From NCBI GenBank assembly GCA_050943735.1, contig JBMNPT010000008.1, positions 15,531 to 79,530 of the forward strand: a stretch of DNA of 64,000 bases, read 5' to 3'. Shown one piece after another: positions 1 to 9,209 of this stretch (position 1 is the first letter of the stretch; the number at the start of each line of letters is the position of its first letter). The position numbers and the translations under genes were made by a program. A model generated the notes under the pieces. That model ran no database searches. It had not been told where the DNA came from and saw only the letters and a program-made list of their open reading frames with translations. Source of the stretch: Eubacteriales bacterium. GTDB taxonomy: Bacteria; Bacillota; Clostridia; Oscillospirales; RGIG577.

Positions 1-68
1 AGCGCAGCTGGTAGCGTGCTTGACTGGGGGTCAAGAGGCCGTGGGTTCAAGTCCCGCTACTCCGACCA
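1..68 (+). tRNA. tRNA-Pro (anticodon GGG), 5' end cut by window
   Basis: D arm AGCGCAGCTGGTAGCG; anticodon arm CTTGA-CTGGGGG-TCAAG; T arm GGGTTCAAGTCCC; ends TCCGACCA (encoded CCA at 66-68). Confidence 0.95.
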
Positions 69-78
69 TCTACTGAAG

Positions 79-118
79 AATCCGAACAAATTCCTTAAGG
101 AATCTGTTCGGATTTTTT
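79..118 (+). terminator. long hairpin plus U-tract after tRNA-Pro
   Basis: AATCCGAACAAATTCCTT/AAGGAATCTGTTCGGATT near-perfect inverted repeat followed by T run. Confidence 0.7.
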
Positions 119-165
119 GTTTTATCGGTCATTCCAAATCTATCCATATCATGAAACTGTAAAAT

Positions 166-198
166 AAAAAGACGCTGCCAGCGGGCAGCGTCTTTTTT
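166..198. terminator. bidirectional intrinsic terminator after trpB2
   Basis: AAAAAGACGCTGCC-AGCG-GGCAGCGTCTTTTT. Confidence 0.85.
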
Positions 199-209
199 CT
201 TTTTCTTAT

Positions 210-1589
210 TTACTCCTGAATCCCGGGCAGTTTGGGCAGGGAGGCAAATCCCTTTTCCAAATCCGCATCGGTGGGGATATAGTCGGTCATCCGGCCTTCC
301 AAATAGGCAGAGTACGCAGTCATGTCAAAGTAGCCGGTACCAGTCAAACCAAAGAGGATGGTCTTGGCTTCGCCGGTTTCCTTACACTTGAGTGCCTCAT
401 CAATGGCCGCACGAATGGCATGAGCCGATTCGGGAGCGGGCAGGATGGTCTCCTTCTTGGCAAAGTACACAGCAGCTTCAAACACCTTACTCTGCTCCAC
501 CGAAGTGGCTTCCATATACCCATCGTGATACAGCTTGGAGAGAATGGGGCTCATGCCGTGATACCGCAGGCCGCCGGCGTGGTTGGGAGAGGGCATGAAC
601 CCACTTCCCAGGGTGTACATCCGCGCCATAGGAGTGATTTTACCGGTGTCGCAGTAATCGTAGGCATACCGGCCCCGGGTGAGAGAGGGACAGGATGCAG
701 GCTCCACCGCCACAATGCGGGGGTTGGCCTTACCGGTGAGTTTATCCTGCATAAAGGGAGCGATCAGACCACCCAGGTTGGAGCCGCCACCAGCGCAGCC
801 AATGACCACGTCGGGGTATTCGCCCAGAATTTCCATGGCCTTTTTGCTCTCCAGACCGATGATGGACTGGTGCAGCAGCACCTGGTTGAGCACCGAACCC
901 AGTACGTACCGACAGCCGGGGGTTTTCACAGCGGTTTCCACCGCTTCGCTGATGGCACAGCCCAAGCTGCCGCCTGTCCCCGGATTTTCGGCCAGAATTT
1001 TCCGGCCGATCTCAGTGGTTTCACTGGGGCTGGCAATCACCTTGCCGTCAAAGGTCTGCATCACCGATTTACGGAAGGGCTTCTGCTCATAGGATACCTT
1101 CACCATATAAACAGTCAGAGGGATACCGAAGTAGCTGCAAGCCTCCGACAGAGCGGTGCCCCACTGACCAGCGCCTGTTTCGGTGGTCAGACTGGTCAAG
1201 CCCTGCTCCTTGGCGTAATAGGCCTGGGCAATGGCAGAATTGAGCTTGTGGCTGCCGGAAGTGTTGTTGCCCTCAAATTTGTAATAGATACGAGCGGGAG
1301 TATCCAGCGCCTTTTCCAAATTGTACGCGCGGATCAGAGGAGAGGGACGGTAGATTTTGTACATCTCCAGCACTTCTTCCGGAATGTCAAAATACCGGGT
1401 GGTGCTATCCAGCTCCTGACGGGCCAGCTCGGTGCAGAACACCGGATACAGATCCTCCAGCTGGGCAGGTTTCATGGTGGCGGGATTGATCAGGGGATCG
1501 GGTTGTTCTTTCATATCTGCCCGCACATTGTACCACTGCTTGGGCATCTCATCTTCGCTTAAGTAAAATCTGTGGGGAATCTTTGCCAT
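210..1589 (-). CDS. trpB: TrpB2-type tryptophan synthase beta-like PLP enzyme
   Basis: SGSHKLN (PLP Lys), TETGAGQWG, GGGSN, HAGGLRYHG and PAPES motifs; N-terminal extension typical of TrpB2. Confidence 0.93.
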   Translation of the reverse strand: MAKIPHRFYLSEDEMPKQWYNVRADMKEQPDPLINPATMKPAQLEDLYPVFCTELARQELDSTTRYFDIPEEVLEMYKIYRPSPLIRAYNLEKALDTPARIYYKFEGNNTSGSHKLNSAIAQAYYAKEQGLTSLTTETGAGQWGTALSEACSYFGIPLTVYMVKVSYEQKPFRKSVMQTFDGKVIASPSETTEIGRKILAENPGTGGSLGCAISEAVETAVKTPGCRYVLGSVLNQVLLHQSIIGLESKKAMEILGEYPDVVIGCAGGGSNLGGLIAPFMQDKLTGKANPRIVAVEPASCPSLTRGRYAYDYCDTGKITPMARMYTLGSGFMPSPNHAGGLRYHGMSPILSKLYHDGYMEATSVEQSKVFEAAVYFAKKETILPAPESAHAIRAAIDEALKCKETGEAKTILFGLTGTGYFDMTAYSAYLEGRMTDYIPTDADLEKGFASLPKLPGIQE

Positions 1590-1634
1590 GGTTCATGCAC
1601 TCCTTTCAAATCATTGGCTCCCAAAAGGGAAAAT

Positions 1635-1912
1635 AAAAAAGGCTCTGTCTCAGAAAATTCTTTCTGGGACAAAAGCCTTGTTGAATACGGTCTTTTGCGG
1701 TACCACCCGGATTGACGCAACGCGTCCACTCATTTCGCGGCCAAAACAGCTGCGCTCCACTGATAACGGACAGAGTTCCCGTCAGGCACTACTGAGTTTT
1801 CACCGTTCGTCCTGCCCTCCGCAGTCCATTCGTTCGGATGCGCAAACCGCGGCAATCTCAGCCCCTGCCGCTCTCTGTGGGTGTTTCTCCGTCTACTCTT
1901 CTGCGTCATTGG
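1635..1912 (-). promoter_or_regulatory. T-box riboswitch (Trp specifier UGG) with terminator
   Basis: Minus strand: AGTA (1894-1897), AGAGAG, GGCTGAG, GAACGAA-TGG-A specifier (1826-1828), T-box GGGTGGTACCGC (about 1697-1708), terminator AGGCTTTTGTCCCAGAAA...TTTCTGAGACAGAGCCTTTTTT. Confidence 0.92.
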
Positions 1913-2894
1913 TTTGGTTGTTTGTGGCTTCAGTATAACAAACTCCCCTCGCGCTGTCAACCCCCTCCCCGGGAATTTTTACGCGCTGGGCACTATAGTA
2001 CTCCTGCACAAAACGAAAAAAGATCCGCTCAGACCGGGCCATGGGCTGCCGGGGATCGTGAATGAGATAGATGGGCCGCTCCACCTTCCCCTGCACCAAC
2101 GGAAAGGATAACAGTCGTCCTTCCCGGCATTCCTCCTCCACTGCTTTTCCCGTCATGATGGAGATACCCACCCCCTGAGCAATGGCCCGTTTGATGGTCT
2201 CCTGATCATTGATGCGGGCCACCACCCGCAGCCGCTGCTCCTCAACGCCCATGCTGTGCAGATAGTTTTCCGCCTCTTTGCGGGCGCCGGAGGAAAACTC
2301 CCGCAGGATCAGCGGCTCCTGCAGCAGTTGTTCCAACGGCGCTTGCTGCTCCCACAGAGCTCGGTAATAGAAGGTGTTGGGCGTCACCAGCACCAGCCGG
2401 TCCACATAGACCGGCTGAGCGGTACAACCCTCCAGGCGGGTGGGGTCCATGAGCCCCACCAACGCCAGAGGAATCTCCCGGCTGCGTACCTGTTCCAACA
2501 GCTGTGCGCTGGTGCCGTACACCACCCGAAAAGAACAATCGGGGTATTTGCGGCGAAAATCCGCCAATAGCTGAGGTAGCATGTATTTGGAAGGGATGGT
2601 GGACGCCCCCACCGCCACCTCCTGCGCCTGGGGCTCCTGGGGCACACCGAACTGCTCCAGCACCTGATCTCGCAGGGCAATCATTCTGCGGGCGGTACGA
2701 TACAGCTTTTCCCCCGCAGGGGTCAGACGCGCGGACCGGGTGGAACGTTCCAGTAGTTTTTCTCCCAGCTCCCGTTCCAGCGACGCAATGTGGGCGCTGA
2801 CGGTGGGCTGGGTGAGATACAGCCGCCGGGCGGCCTCCGAAAAACTACTGCCCTGGGCAATGAGCACAAAGGCCTCCAACTGCCGCAAATCCAT
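1893..2894 (-). CDS. LysR-family regulator (selenium metabolism-associated type by context)
   Basis: N-terminal HTH MDLRQLEAF...SFSEAARRLYLTQPTVS; CysL-like substrate domain (GASTIP, REFSSGAR); last gene of the Mo operon. Confidence 0.9.
   Translation of the reverse strand: MDLRQLEAFVLIAQGSSFSEAARRLYLTQPTVSAHIASLERELGEKLLERSTRSARLTPAGEKLYRTARRMIALRDQVLEQFGVPQEPQAQEVAVGASTIPSKYMLPQLLADFRRKYPDCSFRVVYGTSAQLLEQVRSREIPLALVGLMDPTRLEGCTAQPVYVDRLVLVTPNTFYYRALWEQQAPLEQLLQEPLILREFSSGARKEAENYLHSMGVEEQRLRVVARINDQETIKRAIAQGVGISIMTGKAVEEECREGRLLSFPLVQGKVERPIYLIHDPRQPMARSERIFFRFVQEYYSAQRVKIPGEGVDSARGVCYTEATNNQTNDAEE
1932..1960 (-). promoter_or_regulatory. sigmaA promoter of the T-box-trpB2 unit
   Basis: TTGACA-N17-TATACT on the minus strand, inside the 3' end of the LysR ORF. 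Confidence 0.8.
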
Positions 2895-2918
2895 GGTGTT
2901 CCCCCCTTTCCCCTGTGT

Positions 2919-3407
2919 TCACCGGGCGCACTCATCGGTGCGGCCCAACAGAATTTCCAGACCGTGCTCCACACTGTCCAGCACCAGTGCCAGACTCTCC
3001 CGCACTGCTTTGGGGCTACCGGGCAGATTGATGATCAAAGTCTGTCCCCGCAGCACACTCACCCCCCGGCTGAGCATCGCACGAGGGGTATAGGCCATAC
3101 TGCCTGCCCGAATGGCCTCCGCAATACCGGGCGCCATCCGGTGCGCCACCGCCAGAGTGGCCTCCGGGGTCACATCCCGGGGAGAAAAGCCTGTCCCTCC
3201 GGTGGTCAGCACCAGCTGACAGCCCTCCAGATCGCACAGACGCCGGAGTTCCTCTTCCAACAGCAGCCGGTCATCGGGCAGCACCTTCAAACTCACCACC
3301 TGATACCGGTCGGAAGGGAGCATCTCCTGAATGGCGGGGCCGCTGCGGTCTTCCCGCAGGCCGGCCGCACCCTGATCGCTGGCCACCACAATGCCTACTC
3401 GATACAT
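2919..3407 (-). CDS. mogA: MogA/MoaB molybdopterin adenylyltransferase
   Basis: SD..AAG.REDRSG, TTGGTGFSPRDVTPEA, NLPGSPKA; start re-called at MYRVG behind a GGAG SD. Confidence 0.9.
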   Translation of the reverse strand: MYRVGIVVASDQGAAGLREDRSGPAIQEMLPSDRYQVVSLKVLPDDRLLLEEELRRLCDLEGCQLVLTTGGTGFSPRDVTPEATLAVAHRMAPGIAEAIRAGSMAYTPRAMLSRGVSVLRGQTLIINLPGSPKAVRESLALVLDSVEHGLEILLGRTDECAR

Positions 3408-3838
3408 ACTTCCATCTCCTCTCCCTCCTGCACCCAGCCGCCTTTCAGCACCCGGGCAAACACCCCCTGGGTGGGCATGATGCACTCTCCCATCCGGCGG
3501 TGAATCTCACAGTGGCTGTGACACTCTTTGCCAATCTGGGTCATCTCCAGCAATACCTCTCCGCAGCGCAGGCGGGTACCCACCGGCAATGCGGCAAAAT
3601 CAATGCCTTCCACCACCAGATTTTCCCCAAAAGCACCGTCTTCCACCTGGGCTCCCCGATCCCGGAAGGCCTCAATCCGATCATGAGAGAGCAAGCTCAC
3701 CTGCCGGTGCCATTCTCCGGCGTGAGCATCTCCCCGGATACCCCAGTTTTCCACCAACTCCGCCCGGTGGACATTCTGTTTGGGAGTGCCCCGCGCCGGG
3801 CTGGTACACACCGCCACAATCCGTCCCATTCCTCTCAA
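3395..3838 (-). CDS. MOSC domain protein
   Basis: GDAHAG.WHRQVSLL, FGENL, TQIGKECHSHC, CIMP..GVFA motifs. Confidence 0.9.
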   Translation of the reverse strand: MRGMGRIVAVCTSPARGTPKQNVHRAELVENWGIRGDAHAGEWHRQVSLLSHDRIEAFRDRGAQVEDGAFGENLVVEGIDFAALPVGTRLRCGEVLLEMTQIGKECHSHCEIHRRMGECIMPTQGVFARVLKGGWVQEGEEMEVCIE

Positions 3839-4800
3839 CCTCCAATCTGATTCATCCGCCGGTCACGCTGGGGTCTGCTTCCCAGCTGGTGCCCCGCCGG
3901 CTTACGCCCAATGGCTTCTTCCATGGCCCGGCACAAAGCATCCTCCCCCACACCGCTTCGCAGTAAGGCCCGTACGTCCACCCCTTCCTCGCTGGCCAAA
4001 CAGAGCCGAAGCTGGCCATCTGCCGTCAGCCTCACCCGGTTGCACCGGTCACAAAAAGGCCCGTGCAGCGCGCTGATAAACCCCACATAGCCGGTGCCAT
4101 CTGGCCAGCCCCAATAGGTGGCCGGTCCGTTGCCCAGCTGCCGGTCCACCGGTTCCAGCCCGGGCAACGCCTGACGCAGCCGATGGAGCACCTCTTCTCC
4201 CGGCACGCCCCGGGCCGTTACGCCCTCTCCCAAAGGCATCAGCTCGATAAAGCGCACCGTCCAGCCCTCCCGTCGGGCCAGAGAGGCAAAGGCCACCCAT
4301 TCATCCTCGTTGATCCCCCGTTGAGGCACACAGTTGAGCTTGACTTCCAATCCCACCTGGCGGGCTGTTTCCATGCCTCGCAGCACCTGTTCCAGCCCCT
4401 CTCTGCGGGTGATATAGGCAAACCGGTCGGGCCGCAGGGTGTCCAGACTCACATTCACCCGCCGCACCCCGGCTTCATACAGTGGCTGAGCCTGCTCCGC
4501 CAGCAACACCCCGTTGGTGGTGAGCGTCACCTCTTCCACCCCCGCCTGCTGCCGCAGCATCCCGGCCAGACGGGCCACGCCCCGCCGCACCAGCGGTTCA
4601 CCACCGGTGAGCTTTACCCGGCGAAGTCCCAACCGCACCCCACACCGGCACACCTGCACCAGTTCCTCGTAGGTGAGAATATGGGCATGCTGCAAGGGTT
4701 CCACGCCCTGTTCAGGCATGCAGTACCGGCATCGCAGATTGCACCGGTCGGTCACCGACACCCGCAGGTATTCAATTTCCCGGCCCAGGCCGTCCCGCAT
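3835..4800 (-). CDS. moaA: GTP 3',8-cyclase MoaA
   Basis: YLRVSVTDRCNLRCRYC radical SAM motif; FCDRCNR...CL second cluster; C-terminal IGG. Confidence 0.96.
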   Translation of the reverse strand: MRDGLGREIEYLRVSVTDRCNLRCRYCMPEQGVEPLQHAHILTYEELVQVCRCGVRLGLRRVKLTGGEPLVRRGVARLAGMLRQQAGVEEVTLTTNGVLLAEQAQPLYEAGVRRVNVSLDTLRPDRFAYITRREGLEQVLRGMETARQVGLEVKLNCVPQRGINEDEWVAFASLARREGWTVRFIELMPLGEGVTARGVPGEEVLHRLRQALPGLEPVDRQLGNGPATYWGWPDGTGYVGFISALHGPFCDRCNRVRLTADGQLRLCLASEEGVDVRALLRSGVGEDALCRAMEEAIGRKPAGHQLGSRPQRDRRMNQIGG

Positions 4801-4811
4801 CTCCCTTCACC

Positions 4812-5294
4812 TCATTCGTTTCGTCTGTAGTGGCCGCTCCGGCCTCCGTCCTTTTCCATCAGGCAGATCTCGCCCAGCACCATCCCCCGGTCCATGGCCT
4901 TGCACATGTCATAGATGGTGAGCAGTGCCGCGCTCACCCCAGTGAGGGCCTCCATCTCCACTCCGGTGGGCCCAAAGGTACGAACAGTGCACACCGCTTC
5001 CACCGTAAGGGTCTCCCGGAACATGTGAAACTCCACCTCGCAGCCGGTAAGGGCCAGCGGATGACACAGGGGAATCCACTCCCCGGTGCGTTTGGCGGCC
5101 ATAATGCCCGCAATGCGGGCCACGCCCAGCACATCTCCCTTTTTGGCCCCGCCCCGGGCGATGGTGTCAAAGGTCTCCTCCTGCATGTGGATGACCCCTC
5201 GAGCCACCGCCATCCGGTGGGTAGAGGGCTTTTCCCCCACTTCCACCATCCGGGCCTGGCCCCGCTCATCAAAATGCGTCAGTTTCTCTCCCAT
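4812..5294 (-). CDS. moaC: cyclic pyranopterin monophosphate synthase MoaC
   Basis: [36 protein letters not shown]. Confidence 0.96.
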   Translation of the reverse strand: MGEKLTHFDERGQARMVEVGEKPSTHRMAVARGVIHMQEETFDTIARGGAKKGDVLGVARIAGIMAAKRTGEWIPLCHPLALTGCEVEFHMFRETLTVEAVCTVRTFGPTGVEMEALTGVSAALLTIYDMCKAMDRGMVLGEICLMEKDGGRSGHYRRNE

Positions 5295-5296
5295 GA

Positions 5297-6322
5297 TTAC
5301 CAGCCCTTTCCAAATCCGCAATTGGGGTAGTGACACTCCGGACAGTTCAGGCACAGACCGCCCTCTCCCAGCCGGGCCAGCTCCTCCGCCGTCACCGGAT
5401 CATCGGCCACCAGCCGGGGCAGCACCAGATCGAAAATGGTGCGCCGGGCGTACATCACACAGCCGGGCAGCCCCACAATGGGTACCCCCTCCTCTGTGTA
5501 GGCCAGCAAAAACATGGCTCCGGGCAGCACCGGTGCTCCGTAACTCACCACCCGCGCTCCTGTGTTGCGGATGGCCAGCGGTGTGCGGTCATCCGGGTCC
5601 ACACTCATGCCGCCGGTGCACACCACCATCTGAGCCCCTGCCGCCAGCCAATCCTGAATGGCTCCGGTGGTGCGCTGGGGATCATCGTCCACAATGGTCT
5701 GCCCCAGTACCTCACAGCCATACTCTTCCAGCTTGGCTTTCACCACCGGCCCAAAGGCATCCTTGATGCGCCCGTGATACACCTCACTGCCGGTGGTCAC
5801 CATTCCCACCCGTTTGGGCCGGAAGGGCAGCAGCTGGAAAATCGGCCCACCCTGACAGAGGGTTTCCGCCTGTTCCAAACGGCTCTTGGCAATGACCAGC
5901 GGGATCACCCGGGTACCGCACAGCTTGTCTCCTTTTTTCACCGGTGTGTTGCCGTGCCGGCTGGCGATCATCAGCTCTCCCACCGAGTTGACCGCCCGGA
6001 GCTTGTCCCCATCCACCTTCAAAAGGCCGTCCATCTGGGCGATCAGTTCAATCTTGCCCTCTTTCACTGGAGTGGGCTCCATTCCCTCTCCTCGGCACAG
6101 GCGGCACAGCCACTGAGCTCCCTCGTCTTCGTGCAGCATGCCCTCCTGCTTTTCCCACACGTACAGATTTTCCTTTCCCAGAGAGAGCAGCACCGGGATG
6201 TCCTCCGCCGTCACAATATGCCCTTTGCGGAACCGGGCGTCCTTTACCACGCCGGGGATGATCTGGGTGATGTCATGGCACAGCACATGCCCCACCGCGT
6301 CCTCTGTTCTGATGCATTTCAT
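5297..6322 (-). CDS. MoeA-like molybdopterin-binding protein with C-terminal Cys4 motif
   Basis: [23 protein letters not shown] motifs; C-terminus [12 protein letters not shown]. Confidence 0.85.
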   Translation of the reverse strand: MKCIRTEDAVGHVLCHDITQIIPGVVKDARFRKGHIVTAEDIPVLLSLGKENLYVWEKQEGMLHEDEGAQWLCRLCRGEGMEPTPVKEGKIELIAQMDGLLKVDGDKLRAVNSVGELMIASRHGNTPVKKGDKLCGTRVIPLVIAKSRLEQAETLCQGGPIFQLLPFRPKRVGMVTTGSEVYHGRIKDAFGPVVKAKLEEYGCEVLGQTIVDDDPQRTTGAIQDWLAAGAQMVVCTGGMSVDPDDRTPLAIRNTGARVVSYGAPVLPGAMFLLAYTEEGVPIVGLPGCVMYARRTIFDLVLPRLVADDPVTAEELARLGEGGLCLNCPECHYPNCGFGKGW

Positions 6323-6327
6323 GTTCC

Positions 6328-7482
6328 TTACACTCCTTTTGTCAGCTGGGTCAGCGCTTCCACCGCCCGGTCAATCTCCTCGTGGGTAGTCTGGTGCCCC
6401 ACCGACAGCCGCACCGTTCCCTGGGGATAGGTTTTCAGCGTCCGATGTGCCGACGGGGCACAATGCATCCCCACCCGGGTGAGAATGCCGAATTCCTGCT
6501 CCAACCGCCAGGCTGCCTGGGCGTTGTCCATCTCCAAAAATTCCACCGACACCACCCCCACCCGGCCCTGTACGCCGGGCAGTCCTGCCAGCCGCAGACC
6601 GGGCAGTGAGGCGATTCCCCGCAGCAGGCGGCCGGTGAGTTCTTCTTCCCGCCGCCGCACGCTGTCCTCCGGCAGGCTCATCAAATACTCCACTGCCGCT
6701 CCCAATCCCAAGATTCCCGGCAAATTGAGAGTGCCGGGTTCCAGCCGATCAGGCAAAAAGGGAGGAACCTCCTCCTGATCGGACAGGCTGCCGGTGCCGC
6801 CGCTCACCAGCGGTTCCAGCGCCTGGGCCAGCGGCTCACTGAGGGCCAAACCGCCAATTCCCTGGGGGCCCAGCAGACCTTTGTGGCCCGGAAAAGCCAC
6901 TCCATCCAGTTCCATCTCTTCCAGCGAAATGGGCAGGATCCCAGCGGTCTGAGCGGCGTCCACCACACAGAAAATTCCCCTTTGCCGGCACAGATGCCCC
7001 ACCTGGGCCACCGGAAGAATGGTCCCGCACACATTGGAGGCATGGGTGAGCAGTACCAGCCGGGTATTGGGCCGCAGCATGGCCTCCACCCGATCTGCCT
7101 CCAGCCGCCCCTGCTCATCACAGGGTACCCGATCCCATTGCACTCCCTGCCGGGCCAGCTGGGTCAGCGGCCGCATCACCGCATTGTGCTCCACGGAACT
7201 CACCAGCGCGTGATCCCCCGGACGCAGCAGACCTTTGAGCACCAGATTCAGCGAAAAGGTGGCTCCGGGCGTAAACACCACCTGCTGGGGCTTGGGACAG
7301 CCCAACAGCCCGGCCAGAGCAGCGCGCACTTCCAGCACCCGGCTGCCCGCCTCATAGGCGGGAGAATAGCCGCCCCGACCGATATTACAGCCGTTGTGGA
7401 TGAGATAATCCGTCATGGCGCGGACCACTCCCGGCGCCTTGGGGAAGCTGGTGCTGGCCTGATCCAGATTGATGCTCTGCAT
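6328..7482 (-). CDS. class V PLP aminotransferase / cysteine (selenocysteine) desulfurase family
   Basis: LDQASTSFPK, EHNAV, THASNV, DAAQT, GHKGL.GP.G, RVGMHCAP. Confidence 0.9.
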   Translation of the reverse strand: MQSINLDQASTSFPKAPGVVRAMTDYLIHNGCNIGRGGYSPAYEAGSRVLEVRAALAGLLGCPKPQQVVFTPGATFSLNLVLKGLLRPGDHALVSSVEHNAVMRPLTQLARQGVQWDRVPCDEQGRLEADRVEAMLRPNTRLVLLTHASNVCGTILPVAQVGHLCRQRGIFCVVDAAQTAGILPISLEEMELDGVAFPGHKGLLGPQGIGGLALSEPLAQALEPLVSGGTGSLSDQEEVPPFLPDRLEPGTLNLPGILGLGAAVEYLMSLPEDSVRRREEELTGRLLRGIASLPGLRLAGLPGVQGRVGVVSVEFLEMDNAQAAWRLEQEFGILTRVGMHCAPSAHRTLKTYPQGTVRLSVGHQTTHEEIDRAVEALTQLTKGV

Positions 7483-7519
7483 GGAAGTCCTCCTCTCCTG
7501 TACGCTCACTTGTGGCTCT

Positions 7520-7632
7520 ATTATAGCACCAAACCGCCTGTCTCTCAATCCCCAATTGATAGACTACATCTATAAATCTTTGTGGTTTATCGGCTTTTTG
7601 CTGTTGTGGGCCCGGCCTCGCAATGCTACAAT
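7520..7632. promoter_or_regulatory. divergent sigmaA promoters with LysR T-N11-A box
   Basis: Minus TTGAGA-N17-TATAAT (7548-7520); plus TTGTGG-N17-TACAAT with TG extension (7604-7632); dyad ATAG-ACTACAT-CTAT at 7559-7573. Confidence 0.65.
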
Positions 7633-7682
7633 AAATGGGTAAAAGAAACCAGCCTTACGGCTGTGTGTTGGGAGGTTTTTCA

Positions 7683-8735
7683 TTGCGTACGGAAAAAAGA
7701 AATCTGCTGCTGGCCGGAGTTGTCATCGGCCTGATCTCGGTACTGCTGGTGTGGCAGGGCAATCCTGCTAACATGGGCTTCTGCATCGCCTGTTTCCTGC
7801 GGGATACCGCCGGAGCATTGGGCCTGCAGCGGGCGGAAGTGGTACAATACCTGCGGCCGGAGATCATCGGATTGGTGCTGGGCGCCTGCGGCATTGCCCT
7901 GTGGAAAAAGGAATTTGTCCCTCGGGGCGGTGCTTCGCCTTTCACCCGTTTTATTCTGGGCTTTTTTGTGATGATCGGCGCCCTGATGTTTTTGGGCTGT
8001 CCCTTCCGCATGATCATCCGGCTGGCGGGCGGTGACTGGAACGCCCTGCTGGGTCTGGCCGGTTTTGTGTGCGGCATTGGAGCCGGTGTGTTTTTCCTCA
8101 ATCGGGGATACACCCTGCGCCGTACCTATCCCCTCTCCACTGCAGAAGGCGCGGCCTTCCCAGTGGTGCAGCTGGTGCTGCTGGTCCTGCTGGCTGCGGC
8201 GCCCGCCCTGCTCTTTTTCAGTGAGAGCGGTCCCGGCTCCCAGCACGCCCCCCTGCTGCTCTCTCTGGCGGCCGGTCTGGTGGTTGGCGCGCTGGCCCAG
8301 CGTACCCGTCTGTGCATGGTGGGCGGTATCCGGGATCTGATGCTCTTCCGGGACACCACCCTGCTCACCGGATTTGTTGCCATTTTTGCCACCATTCTGG
8401 TGGCCAATCTGGCAACCGGCGGCTTTGTGCCCGGCTTTGCCGGTCAGCCGGTGGCCCACACCGACGGTCTGTGGAATTTCCTGGGCATGGTGACGGTGGG
8501 CTTTGGCAGCGTGCTGCTGGGCGGCTGTCCCCTGCGGCAGCTGGTGCTGGCCGGTGAGGGCAACACCGACTCCGCCATCACCGTACTGGGACTGATCGCC
8601 GGAGGCGCTTTTGCCCATAACTTCGCCCTGGCCTCCTCCGCGGAGGGCCCCACCCTGCGGGGACAAATCGCGGTGGTGATCGCTCTGGTGGTTATCACAA
8701 TCATCGCCCTGCTGGGCTGCAAAAAGAATCAATGA
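7683..8735 (+). CDS. yedE: YedE-family putative selenium/sulfur transporter
   Basis: GNPANMGFCIACF.RD, GCPFR, RLCMVGG, GGCPLRQ; multiple TM helices; TTG start after GGAGG. Confidence 0.9.
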   Translation: MRTEKRNLLLAGVVIGLISVLLVWQGNPANMGFCIACFLRDTAGALGLQRAEVVQYLRPEIIGLVLGACGIALWKKEFVPRGGASPFTRFILGFFVMIGALMFLGCPFRMIIRLAGGDWNALLGLAGFVCGIGAGVFFLNRGYTLRRTYPLSTAEGAAFPVVQLVLLVLLAAAPALLFFSESGPGSQHAPLLLSLAAGLVVGALAQRTRLCMVGGIRDLMLFRDTTLLTGFVAIFATILVANLATGGFVPGFAGQPVAHTDGLWNFLGMVTVGFGSVLLGGCPLRQLVLAGEGNTDSAITVLGLIAGGAFAHNFALASSAEGPTLRGQIAVVIALVVITIIALLGCKKNQ

Positions 8736-8749
8736 AGGAGGACCATGCC

Positions 8750-8959
8750 ATGTTGACCATCGATGCCAGAGGACACTCCTGTCCCGAACCTGTACTGCTG
8801 ACCAAAAAGGCGCTGGCCTCCCACCCGGACCAGTGCACCGTCCTGCTGGACAACATTGTAGCAGTGGAAAATGTGACCCGTTTTGCCGGGTATTCCCACT
8901 ACCGGGTGGAACGCTCAGGAGAAAACGGGGAATTCCAGCTGCTGCTCACCCGGGAGTGA
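8750..8959 (+). CDS. TusA/SirA/YedF-family sulfur/selenium carrier
   Basis: IDARGHSCPEPV motif. Confidence 0.9.
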   Translation: MLTIDARGHSCPEPVLLTKKALASHPDQCTVLLDNIVAVENVTRFAGYSHYRVERSGENGEFQLLLTRE

Positions 8960-8964
8960 GCGCC

Positions 8965-9195
8965 ATGGAATACATCGCCACCTTTTTTTCTCATTTCGGC
9001 GCGCTGAATTTTGCCCGCCAGCTGGGAAAATCGGCCCAGCTGATGCCCGTTCCCCGGTTTCTCAGCTCTTCCTGCGGCACTTGTGTGCGCTTTTGTCAGG
9101 AGCAGCTGCAGCTGCCTCCGGTGCTGGATGAACTGGACGCCGTCTATCTCACCGACGAAACCCCACCCCGGGTGGTCTATCGCCACCCCCATTGA
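8965..9195 (+). CDS. DUF3343-like small protein
   Basis: ATFFSHFGA...MPVPR.LSSSCG motif; typical position in yedE-yedF-selD clusters. Confidence 0.8.
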   Translation: MEYIATFFSHFGALNFARQLGKSAQLMPVPRFLSSSCGTCVRFCQEQLQLPPVLDELDAVYLTDETPPRVVYRHPH

Positions 9196-9209
9196 AAGGA
9201 GCCCTGTCC

